A stretch of DNA of 64,000 bases from Gloeobacterales cyanobacterium (GTDB taxonomy: Bacteria > Cyanobacteriota > Cyanobacteriia > Gloeobacterales > PMM-0068). The translations under genes were made by a program, and so were the position numbers. The notes under the pieces were generated by a model. It was not told the origin of the DNA. It was given only the letters and a program-made list of their open reading frames with translations, and searched no databases. Of this stretch, positions 27,230 to 37,440 are shown piece by piece (within the stretch, counting starts at the first letter, position 1; each line of letters opens with the position of its first letter). Where the stretch lies: assembly GCA_038245785.1 (NCBI GenBank), contig JBBRSB010000002.1:128001-192000 (forward strand), read 5' to 3'.

Positions 27230-29497
27230 TTGGTCCTTGCTAGCCCTTCCCCTTTTACCGTCGAACAGCTACAAGCTCACCGCCTTACTCCCAGCGAGTA
27301 TGAGCAGATTGTGGGGCTTTTAGGTCGTCATCCCAATCTCAATGAGTTGGGAATGTTCAGCGTGATGTGGTCAGAACATTGTTGCTACAAAAATTCCAAA
27401 CCCTTGCTCAGGAACTTTCCGACCACAGGCTCCAGAATTTTGGTCGGACCGGGAGAAAACGCAGGCGTTGTGGACTTTGGGGATGGCCTCAGAGTTGCCT
27501 TTAAAATTGAGTCCCACAATCATCCTTCTGCCGTAGAACCCTATCAGGGAGCGGCTACTGGAGTGGGCGGCATCCTTAGAGATATTTTCACCATGGGCGC
27601 ACGACCGATTGCTTCTCTAAATGCACTACGGTTTGGTCCTCTTGATAACCCCCGCAATCGCCACATCTTCTCCGGTGTGGTTGCAGGTATTAGCGGCTAT
27701 GGCAACTCCGTAGGCGTGCCTACGATTGGCGGAGAAATCTACTTTGACGAAACCTATAGCGGCAATCCGCTGGTCAATGCGATGGCTATTGGTTTAATGG
27801 AAACTGAAGATATTGTCATATCCGGTGCGCAGGGAGAAGGCAATCCTGTCCTCTATGTCGGTTCGACCACAGGCCGGGATGGTATGGGGGGAGCCAGTTT
27901 TGCCAGTGCAGAACTGACAGATAAGTCAGAAAAAGACCGTCCCGCCGTCCAAGTAGGCGATCCTTTCTTAGAGAAATTACTGATTGAAGCCTGTTTAGAA
28001 GCCTTCAAGACAGGAGCGGTTGTGGCAGCTCAAGACATGGGCGCGGCTGGATTAACCTGCTCTACCGCCGAGATGGCCTCTAAAGGGGGCGTCGGTATTG
28101 AATTAGACCTGGATTTAGTCCCAGTCCGGGAACGAGGCATGAGCCCCTATGAATTCTTACTCTCTGAGTCTCAAGAACGGATGCTCTTTGTGGCCCACAA
28201 AGGTCGAGAACAAGAACTGATTGACATCTTCCAACGCTGGGGTCTGCAAGCGGTTGTCGCCGGTCGGGTGATCGCAGAATCAATCGTGCGGATCTTGCAT
28301 CAAGGTTCCGTTGTAGTGGAAATTCCTGCCACCTCGCTCACCGAAGAAGCCCCGGTTTATCCCCGTGACGTCCTCGCTGAACCACCGGCCTACGCCCAAG
28401 AAGCCTGGGCTTGGGATGTGAAAACATTGGCACAGCCCACAGATTGGGCCGAAGTCCTGCTCAAACTCCTCGATAGTCCAACGATTGCTTCCAAAAAGTG
28501 GGTCTATCGCCAGTACGACTCTTTGATTCAAGGTAATTCTCTAGTCTCCCCTGGAGCAGGAGATGCCGCTGTGATTAGACTACAAACGCCGACGGGAATT
28601 ACCAGAGGATTGGCGGCCACGGTAGATTGCAACAGTCGCTATGTTTACTTGGACCCCTATGAGGGAGGAAAAGCGGCGGTAGCAGAAGCGGCTAGGAACT
28701 TGAGCTGCGTCGGTGCGGAACCTCTGGCCGTTACCGACAACCTAAATTTTGGTAGCCCTGAAAAACCAGAGGTCTACTGGCAAATGGCTGAAGCCTGTAG
28801 GGGAATTAGTGAAGCCTGCAGCGCATTGGGCACTCCTGTTACTGGAGGCAATGTCTCTCTTTATAACGAAACCCAAGGCCAACCGATCTATCCCACCCCC
28901 GTCATTGGCATGGTGGGCATCCTCGATGACTTAGAAAAACACTGCACCCTTGGATTTAAAAAAGCTGGGGATTTAGTCTATCTCTTAGGTCAGGGAGGTG
29001 GAACCTTGGGCGCTTCAGAATATCTAAAAGTTATCCATTGCATGGCTACAGGTAGACCACCTCAGATAGACCTAGAGCAAGAACAAAAAGTGCAGTCCAC
29101 CTGCCGCACGGGGATCACACAGGGTTGGATTCGCTCGGCCCATGATATCTCCGAAGGAGGACTGCTCGTTGCCTTGGCTGAATCCGCGATAGTCGGGGAT
29201 TTGGGTGTGCGGGTCGATGTGAGCGGCTATGCCCCGAATCTGCGTTGGGATGAGCGACTTTTTGGAGAGGCCGGAGCGCAGATTGTCGTAACGGTCCGTC
29301 CTGAAGACCAAGAACTTTGGGAAACCTTTTTAAGGGAAAAACTAGGAACAGATTGGCATTATCTGGGCATCATATCCGCTAAGGAGCGAGGTTTTTGCGT
29401 AGTGGACCAAGAAGAATCCGTAATAAGCGTTACGATTGAGATGCTGAAGCAAAGTTGGACAATGTCCATTCCACAGCGCATGGCTCACCTCGATTAG
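27230..29497 (+). CDS. purL: Phosphoribosylformylglycinamidine synthase subunit PurL
   Basis: [32 protein letters not shown] and HDISEGG motifs. Start likely TTG 27230, with TATAAT at 27194. Confidence 0.96.
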   Translation: MVLASPSPFTVEQLQAHRLTPSEYEQIVGLLGRHPNLNELGMFSVMWSEHCCYKNSKPLLRNFPTTGSRILVGPGENAGVVDFGDGLRVAFKIESHNHPSAVEPYQGAATGVGGILRDIFTMGARPIASLNALRFGPLDNPRNRHIFSGVVAGISGYGNSVGVPTIGGEIYFDETYSGNPLVNAMAIGLMETEDIVISGAQGEGNPVLYVGSTTGRDGMGGASFASAELTDKSEKDRPAVQVGDPFLEKLLIEACLEAFKTGAVVAAQDMGAAGLTCSTAEMASKGGVGIELDLDLVPVRERGMSPYEFLLSESQERMLFVAHKGREQELIDIFQRWGLQAVVAGRVIAESIVRILHQGSVVVEIPATSLTEEAPVYPRDVLAEPPAYAQEAWAWDVKTLAQPTDWAEVLLKLLDSPTIASKKWVYRQYDSLIQGNSLVSPGAGDAAVIRLQTPTGITRGLAATVDCNSRYVYLDPYEGGKAAVAEAARNLSCVGAEPLAVTDNLNFGSPEKPEVYWQMAEACRGISEACSALGTPVTGGNVSLYNETQGQPIYPTPVIGMVGILDDLEKHCTLGFKKAGDLVYLLGQGGGTLGASEYLKVIHCMATGRPPQIDLEQEQKVQSTCRTGITQGWIRSAHDISEGGLLVALAESAIVGDLGVRVDVSGYAPNLRWDERLFGEAGAQIVVTVRPEDQELWETFLREKLGTDWHYLGIISAKERGFCVVDQEESVISVTIEMLKQSWTMSIPQRMAHLD

Positions 29498-29586
29498 TCC
29501 TAAGATTAGGAGGCAAGATTTAATCTTCTCTTTACCCTTCTCTTAGTCGTCCTTCACCGTCTATTCCATACGAGGCTGAACCTACT

Positions 29587-31047
29587 ATGACAGAGTGTCT
29601 AGACCCTCTTGATCCCGCTGGTTCTATAGAAAGACCAGATAAACCGGAAGAAGCATGTGGGGTTTTTGGTATCTATGCGCCTGGAGTAGACGTTGCCAAA
29701 CTCACTTATTTTGGCATTTACGCCCTCCAACATCGGGGACAAGAGTCAGCAGGCATTGCCGTCCTGAATGGGGATGACCTCAAAATTCATAAGGATATGG
29801 GCCTGGTCTCCCAAGTGTTTGATGAAGGAATTCTGGGTTTCTTATCCGGTTCCGTCGCTGTGGGCCATACGCGCTATTCCACCACAGGCTCTTCCAAAAT
29901 TGCTAATGCCCAGCCCGTTGTTTCCAAAACCCGTCTTGGCCCCATAGTCCTGGCCCACAATGGAAATTTAGTAAATGCTGACTATTTAAGGGCAGAGCTT
30001 TTGGTTCGTCACCACACCCTCAAATCCACCACTGATTCCGAAGGGATTGTCCATGCGATTGGAGAAGCGGTAGATGATGGTATGGACTGGGTGGATGGAA
30101 CGATTCATGCCCTAAAGCGTTGTCAGGGGGCCTTTTCTCTGGTGATGGGCATGCCCAATGGCTTGATGGGTGCCCGCGACGCCAATGGCATTCGCCCGCT
30201 GGTCTTAGGAATGCTGGATGGGCGCTATGTCCTCGCTTCTGAAACCTGTGCCCTCGATAATATTGGAGCGGATTATCTCCGAGATGTGCAACCAGGAGAA
30301 CTGGTTGTGGTTCGAGAAGACGGCTTAAAAAGCTATATTTGGGCAGAAAAACCGGAACGAAAGCTTTGCATCTTTGAAATGATCTATTTTGCGCGTCCAG
30401 ACTCCGTGATGAATGCGGAGAGTCTCTATCGCTATCGGACCCGGTTGGGAGAAGTTTTGGCCCAGGAAGCTCCTGCCGATGTCGATATCGTGATTGGGGT
30501 GCCTGATTCTGGAACTCCTGCTGCCATTGGTTTTGCAAAAGCCTTGGGCGTTCCTTTCACGGAAGGACTCATCAAAAACCGTTATGTAGGCCGTACTTTT
30601 ATTCAACCGACCCAGCAGATGCGCGAAGCAGGGATTCGGATGAAGCTCAATCCCTTGAAAGATGTGCTCGAAGGCCAACGGGTAGCGATTATTGATGACT
30701 CTATCGTTCGGGGAACGACGAGTCGCAAAATCATCCAAGCGCTTCGAGATGCAGGCGCAAAAGAAGTCCATATGCGCATTTCTTCTCCTCCGGTCACCCA
30801 TCCCTGTTTCTATGGCATTGATACCGACACCCAAGACCAACTGATTGCCGCCAAGAAGACTCCTCAAGAAATCGCCGAGCACATCGGAGTAGACTCCCTC
30901 CACTATCTTAGCCATGCAGGGATGCTTCGAGCGACCCAGACTGATGAGCTTAGCTACTGCAGTGCCTGTTTCACGGGCGAATATCCGATCTCAATACCCG
31001 ATGGCATGAAAAACTCCAAGCTCATGCTGGAACAACCTGTTTCATGA
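29587..31047 (+). CDS. purF: Amidophosphoribosyltransferase
   Basis: EEACGVFG, LQHRGQESAG, GHTRYST and IIDDSIVRGTT motifs. Confidence 0.97.
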   Translation: MTECLDPLDPAGSIERPDKPEEACGVFGIYAPGVDVAKLTYFGIYALQHRGQESAGIAVLNGDDLKIHKDMGLVSQVFDEGILGFLSGSVAVGHTRYSTTGSSKIANAQPVVSKTRLGPIVLAHNGNLVNADYLRAELLVRHHTLKSTTDSEGIVHAIGEAVDDGMDWVDGTIHALKRCQGAFSLVMGMPNGLMGARDANGIRPLVLGMLDGRYVLASETCALDNIGADYLRDVQPGELVVVREDGLKSYIWAEKPERKLCIFEMIYFARPDSVMNAESLYRYRTRLGEVLAQEAPADVDIVIGVPDSGTPAAIGFAKALGVPFTEGLIKNRYVGRTFIQPTQQMREAGIRMKLNPLKDVLEGQRVAIIDDSIVRGTTSRKIIQALRDAGAKEVHMRISSPPVTHPCFYGIDTDTQDQLIAAKKTPQEIAEHIGVDSLHYLSHAGMLRATQTDELSYCSACFTGEYPISIPDGMKNSKLMLEQPVS

Positions 31048-31123
31048 GTTATTGTTAACAATACTTGTAGAAATAGCTTTGGGTTTCCTACAATAAGGGA
31101 ATCTACTCCCTCCAGAGCATAAT

Positions 31124-31315
31124 ATGACAAACAATGAGATTGTAAATTTTGTAATTGGCTCTGTTTCAGGTACAAGAATCTCGCACACAGATGTTAGCGT
31201 AGACAGAAAAAATAGCAGAATAATAGTAACGAAGCAATTAAATGATTCCCAAAAAACTTATATTAGCAATGGTCTAGAGTCCAAGCTGGGATTAGGCGCT
31301 TGGAAAGTTTTCTAA
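31124..31315 (+). CDS. Small hypothetical protein
   Basis: 63-aa AT-rich ORF followed directly by a strong hairpin. Confidence 0.5.
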   Translation: MTNNEIVNFVIGSVSGTRISHTDVSVDRKNSRIIVTKQLNDSQKTYISNGLESKLGLGAWKVF

Positions 31316-31380
31316 CCCCTCAGTCCCTTCGGGAAGGCTTCGCCTATGGTGGGGAGCTGTCCCGAAGGGACTGAGGGGTT
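31314..31380. repeat. REP-like palindromic element / terminator
   Basis: Perfect 21-bp inverted repeat AACCCCTCAGTCCCTTCGGGA / TCCCGAAGGGACTGAGGGGTT, with an inner AGGC-TTC-GCCT mini-hairpin. Confidence 0.7.
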
Positions 31381-31440
31381 TGGGGACGCAGGGGGGGTTG
31401 CTGCCCAGGAATTGATATGCATAGACAGAAAGCAGTCAGC

Positions 31441-32409
31441 CTACTTCTTCATTTTGTCTCGGTTGTGTAGGTCATTAAAGTCAATCAAAGGACCTTTGGG
31501 TACAATGCCCGTAGGGTTTATGTTTTCGTGGCTTTTGTAGTAATGCTGCTTGATATGGTCAATATTGCAGGTTCCTTTGATACCGGGTTGCTGATAGAGG
31601 TCCTTGAGATAGTTCCAAAGGTTGGGATAATCAATAATCCGTTTTAGATTGCATTTGAAGTGACTATAGTAGACCAGATCAAAGCGCAAGAGGGTGGTGA
31701 ACATACACCAGTCTGCCTCTGTAATTTTATTGCCACAGAGATAACGCTGCTCACTGAGTGCTGCCTCCCAATAATCAAGGGCTTTGAATAGTTCTGTGAC
31801 TGATTCCTCATAGGCTTTTTGGGTCGTAGCAAATCCTGCTCGATAGACTCCATTGTTAATTGGTTTATAGATCAGACTAATCGTCGGTTCAATCACGTCT
31901 TGGAGCTGCTTGGGGAAACAATTAACGCTAGACTTCGCTATCGCGTTAAATTCCGTATCGAACATGCGCATGATTTCGCGGGATTCATTATTTACAATCG
32001 TGTTTGTCTTTTTATCCCACAGAATCGGGACAGTGACCCTTCCGGTGTATTGGCTATCGGCTTTGAGATAAATTTCTCGAAGATATTTGGCCTGGAAAAG
32101 AGGGTCTGGAATACAGCCTGGCCCCTCGGAAAAAGCCCAGCCGTTTTCTCCCATATAGGGGTCTACTATCGATAGAGAAATCGCTTCTTCTAATCCCTTG
32201 AGGCGACGCATGATCACAGTGCGATGAGCCCAGGGACAAGCCAAAGAAACATAGAGATGATAGCGGTTTGCCTCTGCTTCGAAACCACTGGAGCCATCAG
32301 CTGTCACCCATTGGCGAAACGTAGTAGATGGCCGGAGGAAATGCCCCTTGTTATCTTCCTGCTCTCGTTCTGAAAGCCACTTGCCTTCAACCAACATGCC
32401 CAATGCCAT
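31441..32409 (-). CDS. Glutathionyl-hydroquinone reductase (YqjG/ECM4-type GST)
   Basis: RYHLYVSLACPWAHR, TVPILWD, VNNES and INNGVY motifs. Confidence 0.93.
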   Translation of the reverse strand: MALGMLVEGKWLSEREQEDNKGHFLRPSTTFRQWVTADGSSGFEAEANRYHLYVSLACPWAHRTVIMRRLKGLEEAISLSIVDPYMGENGWAFSEGPGCIPDPLFQAKYLREIYLKADSQYTGRVTVPILWDKKTNTIVNNESREIMRMFDTEFNAIAKSSVNCFPKQLQDVIEPTISLIYKPINNGVYRAGFATTQKAYEESVTELFKALDYWEAALSEQRYLCGNKITEADWCMFTTLLRFDLVYYSHFKCNLKRIIDYPNLWNYLKDLYQQPGIKGTCNIDHIKQHYYKSHENINPTGIVPKGPLIDFNDLHNRDKMKK

Positions 32410-32512
32410 AGATTCCCCTCGTCTATATCCATCAATATAGAGTGCCGATCAGCTCCTGCGATTCTTCATTTCTGGGATAGGCTGAAGACTATAGCCCAAG
32501 AGGATGCATGTT

Positions 32513-34234
32513 ATGGTCCAAGCTCCCATCAAAACCAATCGCTTAACCGTTCAGGCCGAAATCATCGCCAAAAACACGACAGCACTCCGTAGTTTGGATT
32601 GGGACCGGGACCGCTTTGATATCGAGTTTGGGTTGCAAAATGGCACTACCTACAACTCTTTTTTGATTCAAGGCGACCAAACAGCGTTAATTGATACTTC
32701 CCACGCCAAGTTTCACCAGCTCTATCTAGAGCTGGTCCGAGGACAGATTGACCCAGCTACGATTGAGTACTTGATCATCAGCCACACAGAGCCAGACCAT
32801 AGTGCGCTCGTTCCTGATATTTTGGCCCTCGCGCCCCATGTGACCGTAGTCGCTTCCAAGATGGCGCTACAGTTTTTGAAAGACATGGTGCACAAACCTT
32901 TTGCGCAACGGGCTGTAAAAGGCGGCGACCAACTCGATTTGGGCCAGGGGCATATCTTGGAATTCATTCCTGCGCCCAATCTGCACTGGCCCGACACGAT
33001 GTTCACCCATGACCAAGCCACAGGCATTCTCTTCACCTGTGATGCTTTTGGGATGCACTACTGTGATGAACGTCTCTTTGACGAAGACCTGCATGCTATT
33101 GAAAATGACTATCGGTTTTACTACGAATGCCTGATGGCACCGAATGCCCGTTCCGTAGTAAATGCCCTCAATCGCATGGAACCTTTTGAGACCAACACGA
33201 TTGCCACAGGTCACGGTCCCCTGATCCGGATTCATTTAGAGGAGATGGTGGACCGCTATCGCCGCTGGAGCCAGGAGCAAAGTCAGGCAACGACAACCGT
33301 TGCCATCTTCTACACTTCCGACTACGGCTACAGTGACCGTCTCTCTCAGGCCATTGCCCAAGGCATCATCAAAGCCAACGTAGCCGCTGAATTGGTAGAC
33401 CTGCGCGCCACGGACCTGAGCGAAGTGCAAGAAATCATGAGCCGGGTGTCTGGTGTCGTGATTGGAACTCCGCCGACAACTGGACCCAGTGCTCAAGAGG
33501 CTCAGGCTGCCCTAGGCGTGATTCTGGCCAATGTCAAAGAAAAGCAGGCCTTTGGCATCTACGAAGCCTTTGGTGATGAGGATGAACCGATTATTCCTCT
33601 TGTCGGGCGCTTTACGAGTCTGAGCTTAACCGCTGGTTTTCCTGCCATTCGGGTCCAAAGCCAGCCCACCGCCAGTACCTATAAGCTCTGCGAGGAATCG
33701 GGCACGGATTTAGCCCAGTGGTTGACCCGCGATAAGACCATTCAGCAGATGAAGGCCACCGATGTCAATCTGGACAAAGCGATGGGCCGCCTGGCGGGAG
33801 GTTTGTACATTATCACCGCGCAAAAAGGAGACGTACAGAGTGCGATGCTTGCTTCTTGGGTCTCTCAAGCAAGTTTCACTCCGCTTGGTCTTTCGATCGC
33901 CGTAGCGAAGGACCGGGCTATTGAAGCCTTGATGCAAGTGGGCGATACCTTTGTGCTCAACATTTTAGAAGAAGGGAAGTATGCGCCCTTGATGCGTCAT
34001 TTCCTCCAGCGTTTCGGACCGGGTGAAGACCGTTTTGTTGGCGTAGAGACCCTGCAGGCCGAGAATGGCTCTCCAATCTTAAAAGAGGCCTTAGCCTTTT
34101 TGGAGTGTCGGGTCGCGTCGAGGATGGAAACTCCAGACCACTGGCTGGTATACAGCGTAGTGGAAGAGGGCAAAGTATCCAATCCTGAAGGCTTAACCGC
34201 TGTCCATCACCGTAAAGTTGGCAATCACTATTAG
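32513..34234 (+). CDS. flv3: Class C flavodiiron protein, Flv3-type (canonical iron ligands)
   Basis: SHTEPDH, PNLHWPD and CDAFG motifs, with flavodoxin and flavin-reductase domains. Confidence 0.88.
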   Translation: MVQAPIKTNRLTVQAEIIAKNTTALRSLDWDRDRFDIEFGLQNGTTYNSFLIQGDQTALIDTSHAKFHQLYLELVRGQIDPATIEYLIISHTEPDHSALVPDILALAPHVTVVASKMALQFLKDMVHKPFAQRAVKGGDQLDLGQGHILEFIPAPNLHWPDTMFTHDQATGILFTCDAFGMHYCDERLFDEDLHAIENDYRFYYECLMAPNARSVVNALNRMEPFETNTIATGHGPLIRIHLEEMVDRYRRWSQEQSQATTTVAIFYTSDYGYSDRLSQAIAQGIIKANVAAELVDLRATDLSEVQEIMSRVSGVVIGTPPTTGPSAQEAQAALGVILANVKEKQAFGIYEAFGDEDEPIIPLVGRFTSLSLTAGFPAIRVQSQPTASTYKLCEESGTDLAQWLTRDKTIQQMKATDVNLDKAMGRLAGGLYIITAQKGDVQSAMLASWVSQASFTPLGLSIAVAKDRAIEALMQVGDTFVLNILEEGKYAPLMRHFLQRFGPGEDRFVGVETLQAENGSPILKEALAFLECRVASRMETPDHWLVYSVVEEGKVSNPEGLTAVHHRKVGNHY

Positions 34235-34245
34235 GAGTTCGTCAT

Positions 34246-36006
34246 ATGGTCAGTGCTCCTCCCACCCCTCGCGATATCCAGGTTCTGTCTGTCGGGGCCG
34301 ATACCTTGATGTTTCGCTCCCGCAGCTGGACCCGCCTCAAATTTGAGGTGGAATATGCCTTACAGCGAGGCACCACCTCCAATTCCTTTTTGATCAAAGG
34401 CGACCGGGTTGCTCTAAGAAGTTTGCCAGGAGAGAGCTTTACAGAGCTTTTCCTCGAACAACTGCAGCAGGTGATTTTCCCGGCTGAATTGGACTATGTG
34501 ATTTTGGGACACATCAATCCCAACCGATTTGCTACCTTACTGAAGCTCTTGCAATTAGCGCCCCATCTGATTGTAGTCTGCTCCAATCCTGGAGCGGTTA
34601 CCCTGAGGGCATTATTGGAAAGTGCGGCCAAGGATAAGGATAATCCGCAGACTATCCCAGAGCCCGAAATCTATGTGGTCAAAGGACAAGAAACCTTAGA
34701 TTTAGGCAAGGGGCATAAACTACAACTGATTCCAACCCCAACGCCTCGTTGGCCAGATGGGATCTGCGCCTATGATCCAAAGACGGCTATCCTCTATAGC
34801 GATAAATTCTTTGGGGCTCATGTGGCCGGCGAGCAGGTCTACGACGATGGGGGCAAGCTTTTTGAAGTAGACCGCAAGTACTACTACGATTGCCTGATGG
34901 CCACCCAAATCAGTCAGGTGGAAATAGCCCTAGAACGTCTAGCACCCTGGTCTACTTCTGCCCAGATTTATGCTCCGGTGAACGGGCCTCTGCTCCGTCG
35001 AGGGGCGCTTGAAATTTTCCAAAACTATCAAGCCTGGAACCGCCAGCAAGCAACCCAACCCCTCTCCGTTGCCCTGCTCTATGCTTCTGCCTATGGCAAT
35101 ACAGCCATCCTTAGCCAGGCGATTGCCCACGGAATTACGAAGGCAGGAGTGGCGGTAGAAACGATTAACTGTGAACATGCGACGCCCGAAGACATCAGAG
35201 AGGCCATAGGCCGCACCCAGGGATTTATTATCGGTTCGCCTACGCTTGGCGGTCATGCTCCAACGCCCATCCAAACGGCTTTGGGCATTATTCTGGCAAC
35301 GGCAGAAAAATCAAAGTTGGCGGGCGTCTTTGGTTCCTATGGCTGGAGCGGCGAAGCAATCGACTTGCTGGAGGAGAAACTTAAAAATGCCGGCTATACC
35401 TTTGGCTTTGCTCCGATACGGGTCAAGTTCACGCCTTCGGACGCTATTCTTCAGCAATGCGAAGAAGCCGGAATCGATTTTGCCCAAGCCCTGAAAAAAG
35501 CTAAAAAAGTTAAACAGATAGCCCGTCCCCTCGCCACCCCTGTTGAGCAAGCTGTTGGTCGTTTAGTCGGCAGTCTCAGCGTTGTTACCGCTCAGAGAGG
35601 AGATGCCACTGGAGCCATGGTAGCTTCTTGGATCTCTCAGGCATCCTTTAATCCTCCGGGTTTGACCGTCGCCGTCGCCAAAGACCGAGCGCTTGAATCT
35701 CTGCTCTATCCAGGCGATGCATTTGTCCTCAATCTGCTGGAAGAAGGTAAACACATCCCGCTGATGAAGCACTTCCTGAAACCTTTTGGACCGGGTGAAG
35801 ACCGCTTCGTCGGTATCGAAACCAAATCGGCTCAGAATGGTTTACCGATCCTCAAAGAGGCTCTGGTCTATCTAGAATGTCGGGTCCAAAGCCGGATGGA
35901 TTGTGGGGACCATTGGTTGGTCTATTGCGCAGCAGAAGCAGGAGATGTGTTCACCCCATCCGCTAAAACGGCAGTCCACTACCGGACTTCAGGAACACAC
36001 TACTAG
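34246..36006 (+). CDS. flv1: Class C flavodiiron protein, Flv1-type (non-canonical ligands)
   Basis: GHINPNR, PTPRWPD, SDKFFG and YASAYGNT motifs, plus a flavin-reductase domain. Confidence 0.88.
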   Translation: MVSAPPTPRDIQVLSVGADTLMFRSRSWTRLKFEVEYALQRGTTSNSFLIKGDRVALRSLPGESFTELFLEQLQQVIFPAELDYVILGHINPNRFATLLKLLQLAPHLIVVCSNPGAVTLRALLESAAKDKDNPQTIPEPEIYVVKGQETLDLGKGHKLQLIPTPTPRWPDGICAYDPKTAILYSDKFFGAHVAGEQVYDDGGKLFEVDRKYYYDCLMATQISQVEIALERLAPWSTSAQIYAPVNGPLLRRGALEIFQNYQAWNRQQATQPLSVALLYASAYGNTAILSQAIAHGITKAGVAVETINCEHATPEDIREAIGRTQGFIIGSPTLGGHAPTPIQTALGIILATAEKSKLAGVFGSYGWSGEAIDLLEEKLKNAGYTFGFAPIRVKFTPSDAILQQCEEAGIDFAQALKKAKKVKQIARPLATPVEQAVGRLVGSLSVVTAQRGDATGAMVASWISQASFNPPGLTVAVAKDRALESLLYPGDAFVLNLLEEGKHIPLMKHFLKPFGPGEDRFVGIETKSAQNGLPILKEALVYLECRVQSRMDCGDHWLVYCAAEAGDVFTPSAKTAVHYRTSGTHY

Positions 36007-36167
36007 CTATTTCGGTTCTGTTGCAAAAGACCTGTTTTTTCTCCCAGGAAATTTAGTTCTTTCAATTCGCTGTCTATTCGGCAAGGGAGAAATTGCCTTT
36101 GCTACAGATCACCTCAGGCTAATCAGACTCATACTATGATGAGGCAGTAAAAATTAACACGGCCAGC

Positions 36168-37097
36168 ATGACAGATCACGACCGACTCTTCAAGGAATTA
36201 CTATCTACCTTTTTTGTAGAGTTTCTAGAACTGTTTCTGCCTCAAGTTGCCCGTGCCATTGAACCCGATTCTCTTGCATTTCTCCCTCAAGAGTATTTTG
36301 CCGATTTGACGGCGGGTGAAAATAAAATTATTGACCTGCTCGCTCAGGTTCGCTTGGCGGGTCAAGAGGTTGGCTTTCTCATTCATCTCGAAGCTCAGGC
36401 ATCCAGTCAACCTGACTTTGCTCGTAGGATATTTTTCTACTTCGCGCGGCTGCATCAAAAGTATCTCCAGCGCATCTATCCCATTGTCCTGTTCTCCTTT
36501 GATGAACCGTACCGACAAGAGCCTAATCGGTATTCAGTTGAATTTGAAGACTTGAAGGTGATGGAATTCAACTTTTTCCCCATTCAGCTCAATCGGCTGA
36601 ACTGGAGAGATTTTCTCAACCAGCGTAATCCAATAGCTGCGGCACTGATGTCAAAAATGAAGATTGACGCAGCCGATCGTCCACGGGTAAAAGTTGAATG
36701 TCTACGGTTACTGGCGACATTGCGATTAGACCCTGCACGCTCTCAGTTGATTTCAGGTTTTGTGGACACCTATCTACGGATGAATGTAGAGGAGGAGCAA
36801 GTATTTCAAACAGCGATTGGTACACTAGAGGAGTCAGAGCGAGAGGGCATCATGCAGATTGTAACTAGCTGGATGGAACAGGGCATCGCTGAAGGCAGAG
36901 CTGAGGGTGAGCAGGTGGGTGAAGCAAGGCTAGTCCTTCGCCAGCTCGCGCGCCGCATTGGTGAAGTGGATTCAGAACTACGATCCAAAGTACAAACATT
37001 GTCTTTAACTAAGCTTGAGTCGCTCGGTGAGGCCCTACTGGATTTCTCGCAACCCGCAGACTTGGTGAAGTGGTTGGAGGGGAATCGGCCTGGTTAA
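36168..37097 (+). CDS. Rpn-family recombination-promoting nuclease/putative transposase with C-terminal DUF4351
   Basis: DHDRLFKELL, IDLL...IHLEAQ PD-(D/E)xK-like core, and LESLGEALLDFS..DL..WL tail. Confidence 0.9.
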   Translation: MTDHDRLFKELLSTFFVEFLELFLPQVARAIEPDSLAFLPQEYFADLTAGENKIIDLLAQVRLAGQEVGFLIHLEAQASSQPDFARRIFFYFARLHQKYLQRIYPIVLFSFDEPYRQEPNRYSVEFEDLKVMEFNFFPIQLNRLNWRDFLNQRNPIAAALMSKMKIDAADRPRVKVECLRLLATLRLDPARSQLISGFVDTYLRMNVEEEQVFQTAIGTLEESEREGIMQIVTSWMEQGIAEGRAEGEQVGEARLVLRQLARRIGEVDSELRSKVQTLSLTKLESLGEALLDFSQPADLVKWLEGNRPG

Positions 37098-37189
37098 CTC
37101 AAACGGAAGTTGGTGCACTAGAGGAGTCAGAGCGAGAGGGCATCATGCAGATCGTGACTAGCTGGATGGAACAGGGCATCGCTGAAGGC
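36817..37189 (+). repeat. 80-bp direct repeat (36817-36896 and 37110-37189), 3 mismatches
   Basis: TTGGT(A/G)CACTAGAGGAGTCAGAGCGAGAGGGCATCATGCAGAT(T/C)GT(A/G)ACTAGCTGGATGGAACAGGGCATCGCTGAAGGC. Confidence 0.95.
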
Positions 37190-37408
37190 GAGCAGCGAGG
37201 CAGACTCGAAGGAGAGCGGTCGCTCGTCATGCGCCTTCTAACCCGTCGACTTGGTACCCTCCCCACAAGCGTTGAGGCACAAGTCCAAGCACTAGACTTA
37301 CCCCGGATTGTGGTCCCTGAGTCTTGTCGAAGGGAGGCTTTGAGTGAAGCGCTCCTAGATTTTGCACAGTGGTCTAATCTGAACGATTGGTTGCAAGTCA
37401 ATTCCTGA
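37145..37408 (+). CDS. Stand-alone DUF4351 / RpnS-like C-terminal module
   Basis: ATG 37145 after a purine-rich GAGCGAGAGGG. Reads MQIVTSWMEQG...EALSEALLDFAQWSNLNDWL. Confidence 0.65.
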   Translation: MQIVTSWMEQGIAEGEQRGRLEGERSLVMRLLTRRLGTLPTSVEAQVQALDLPRIVVPESCRREALSEALLDFAQWSNLNDWLQVNS

Positions 37409-37440
37409 AGAAGTTTAATAAGCTTCCCTCTAAGGAAGTT

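Noticed and set aside
30020..30915. 172-aa and 196-aa antisense ORFs
   Set aside because: They lie wholly opposite purF.
36817..37189. Direct repeat as a DGR template/variable pair or a CRISPR array
   Set aside because: Only two copies with three differences, coding in nature, and no reverse transcriptase or cas gene in the window.
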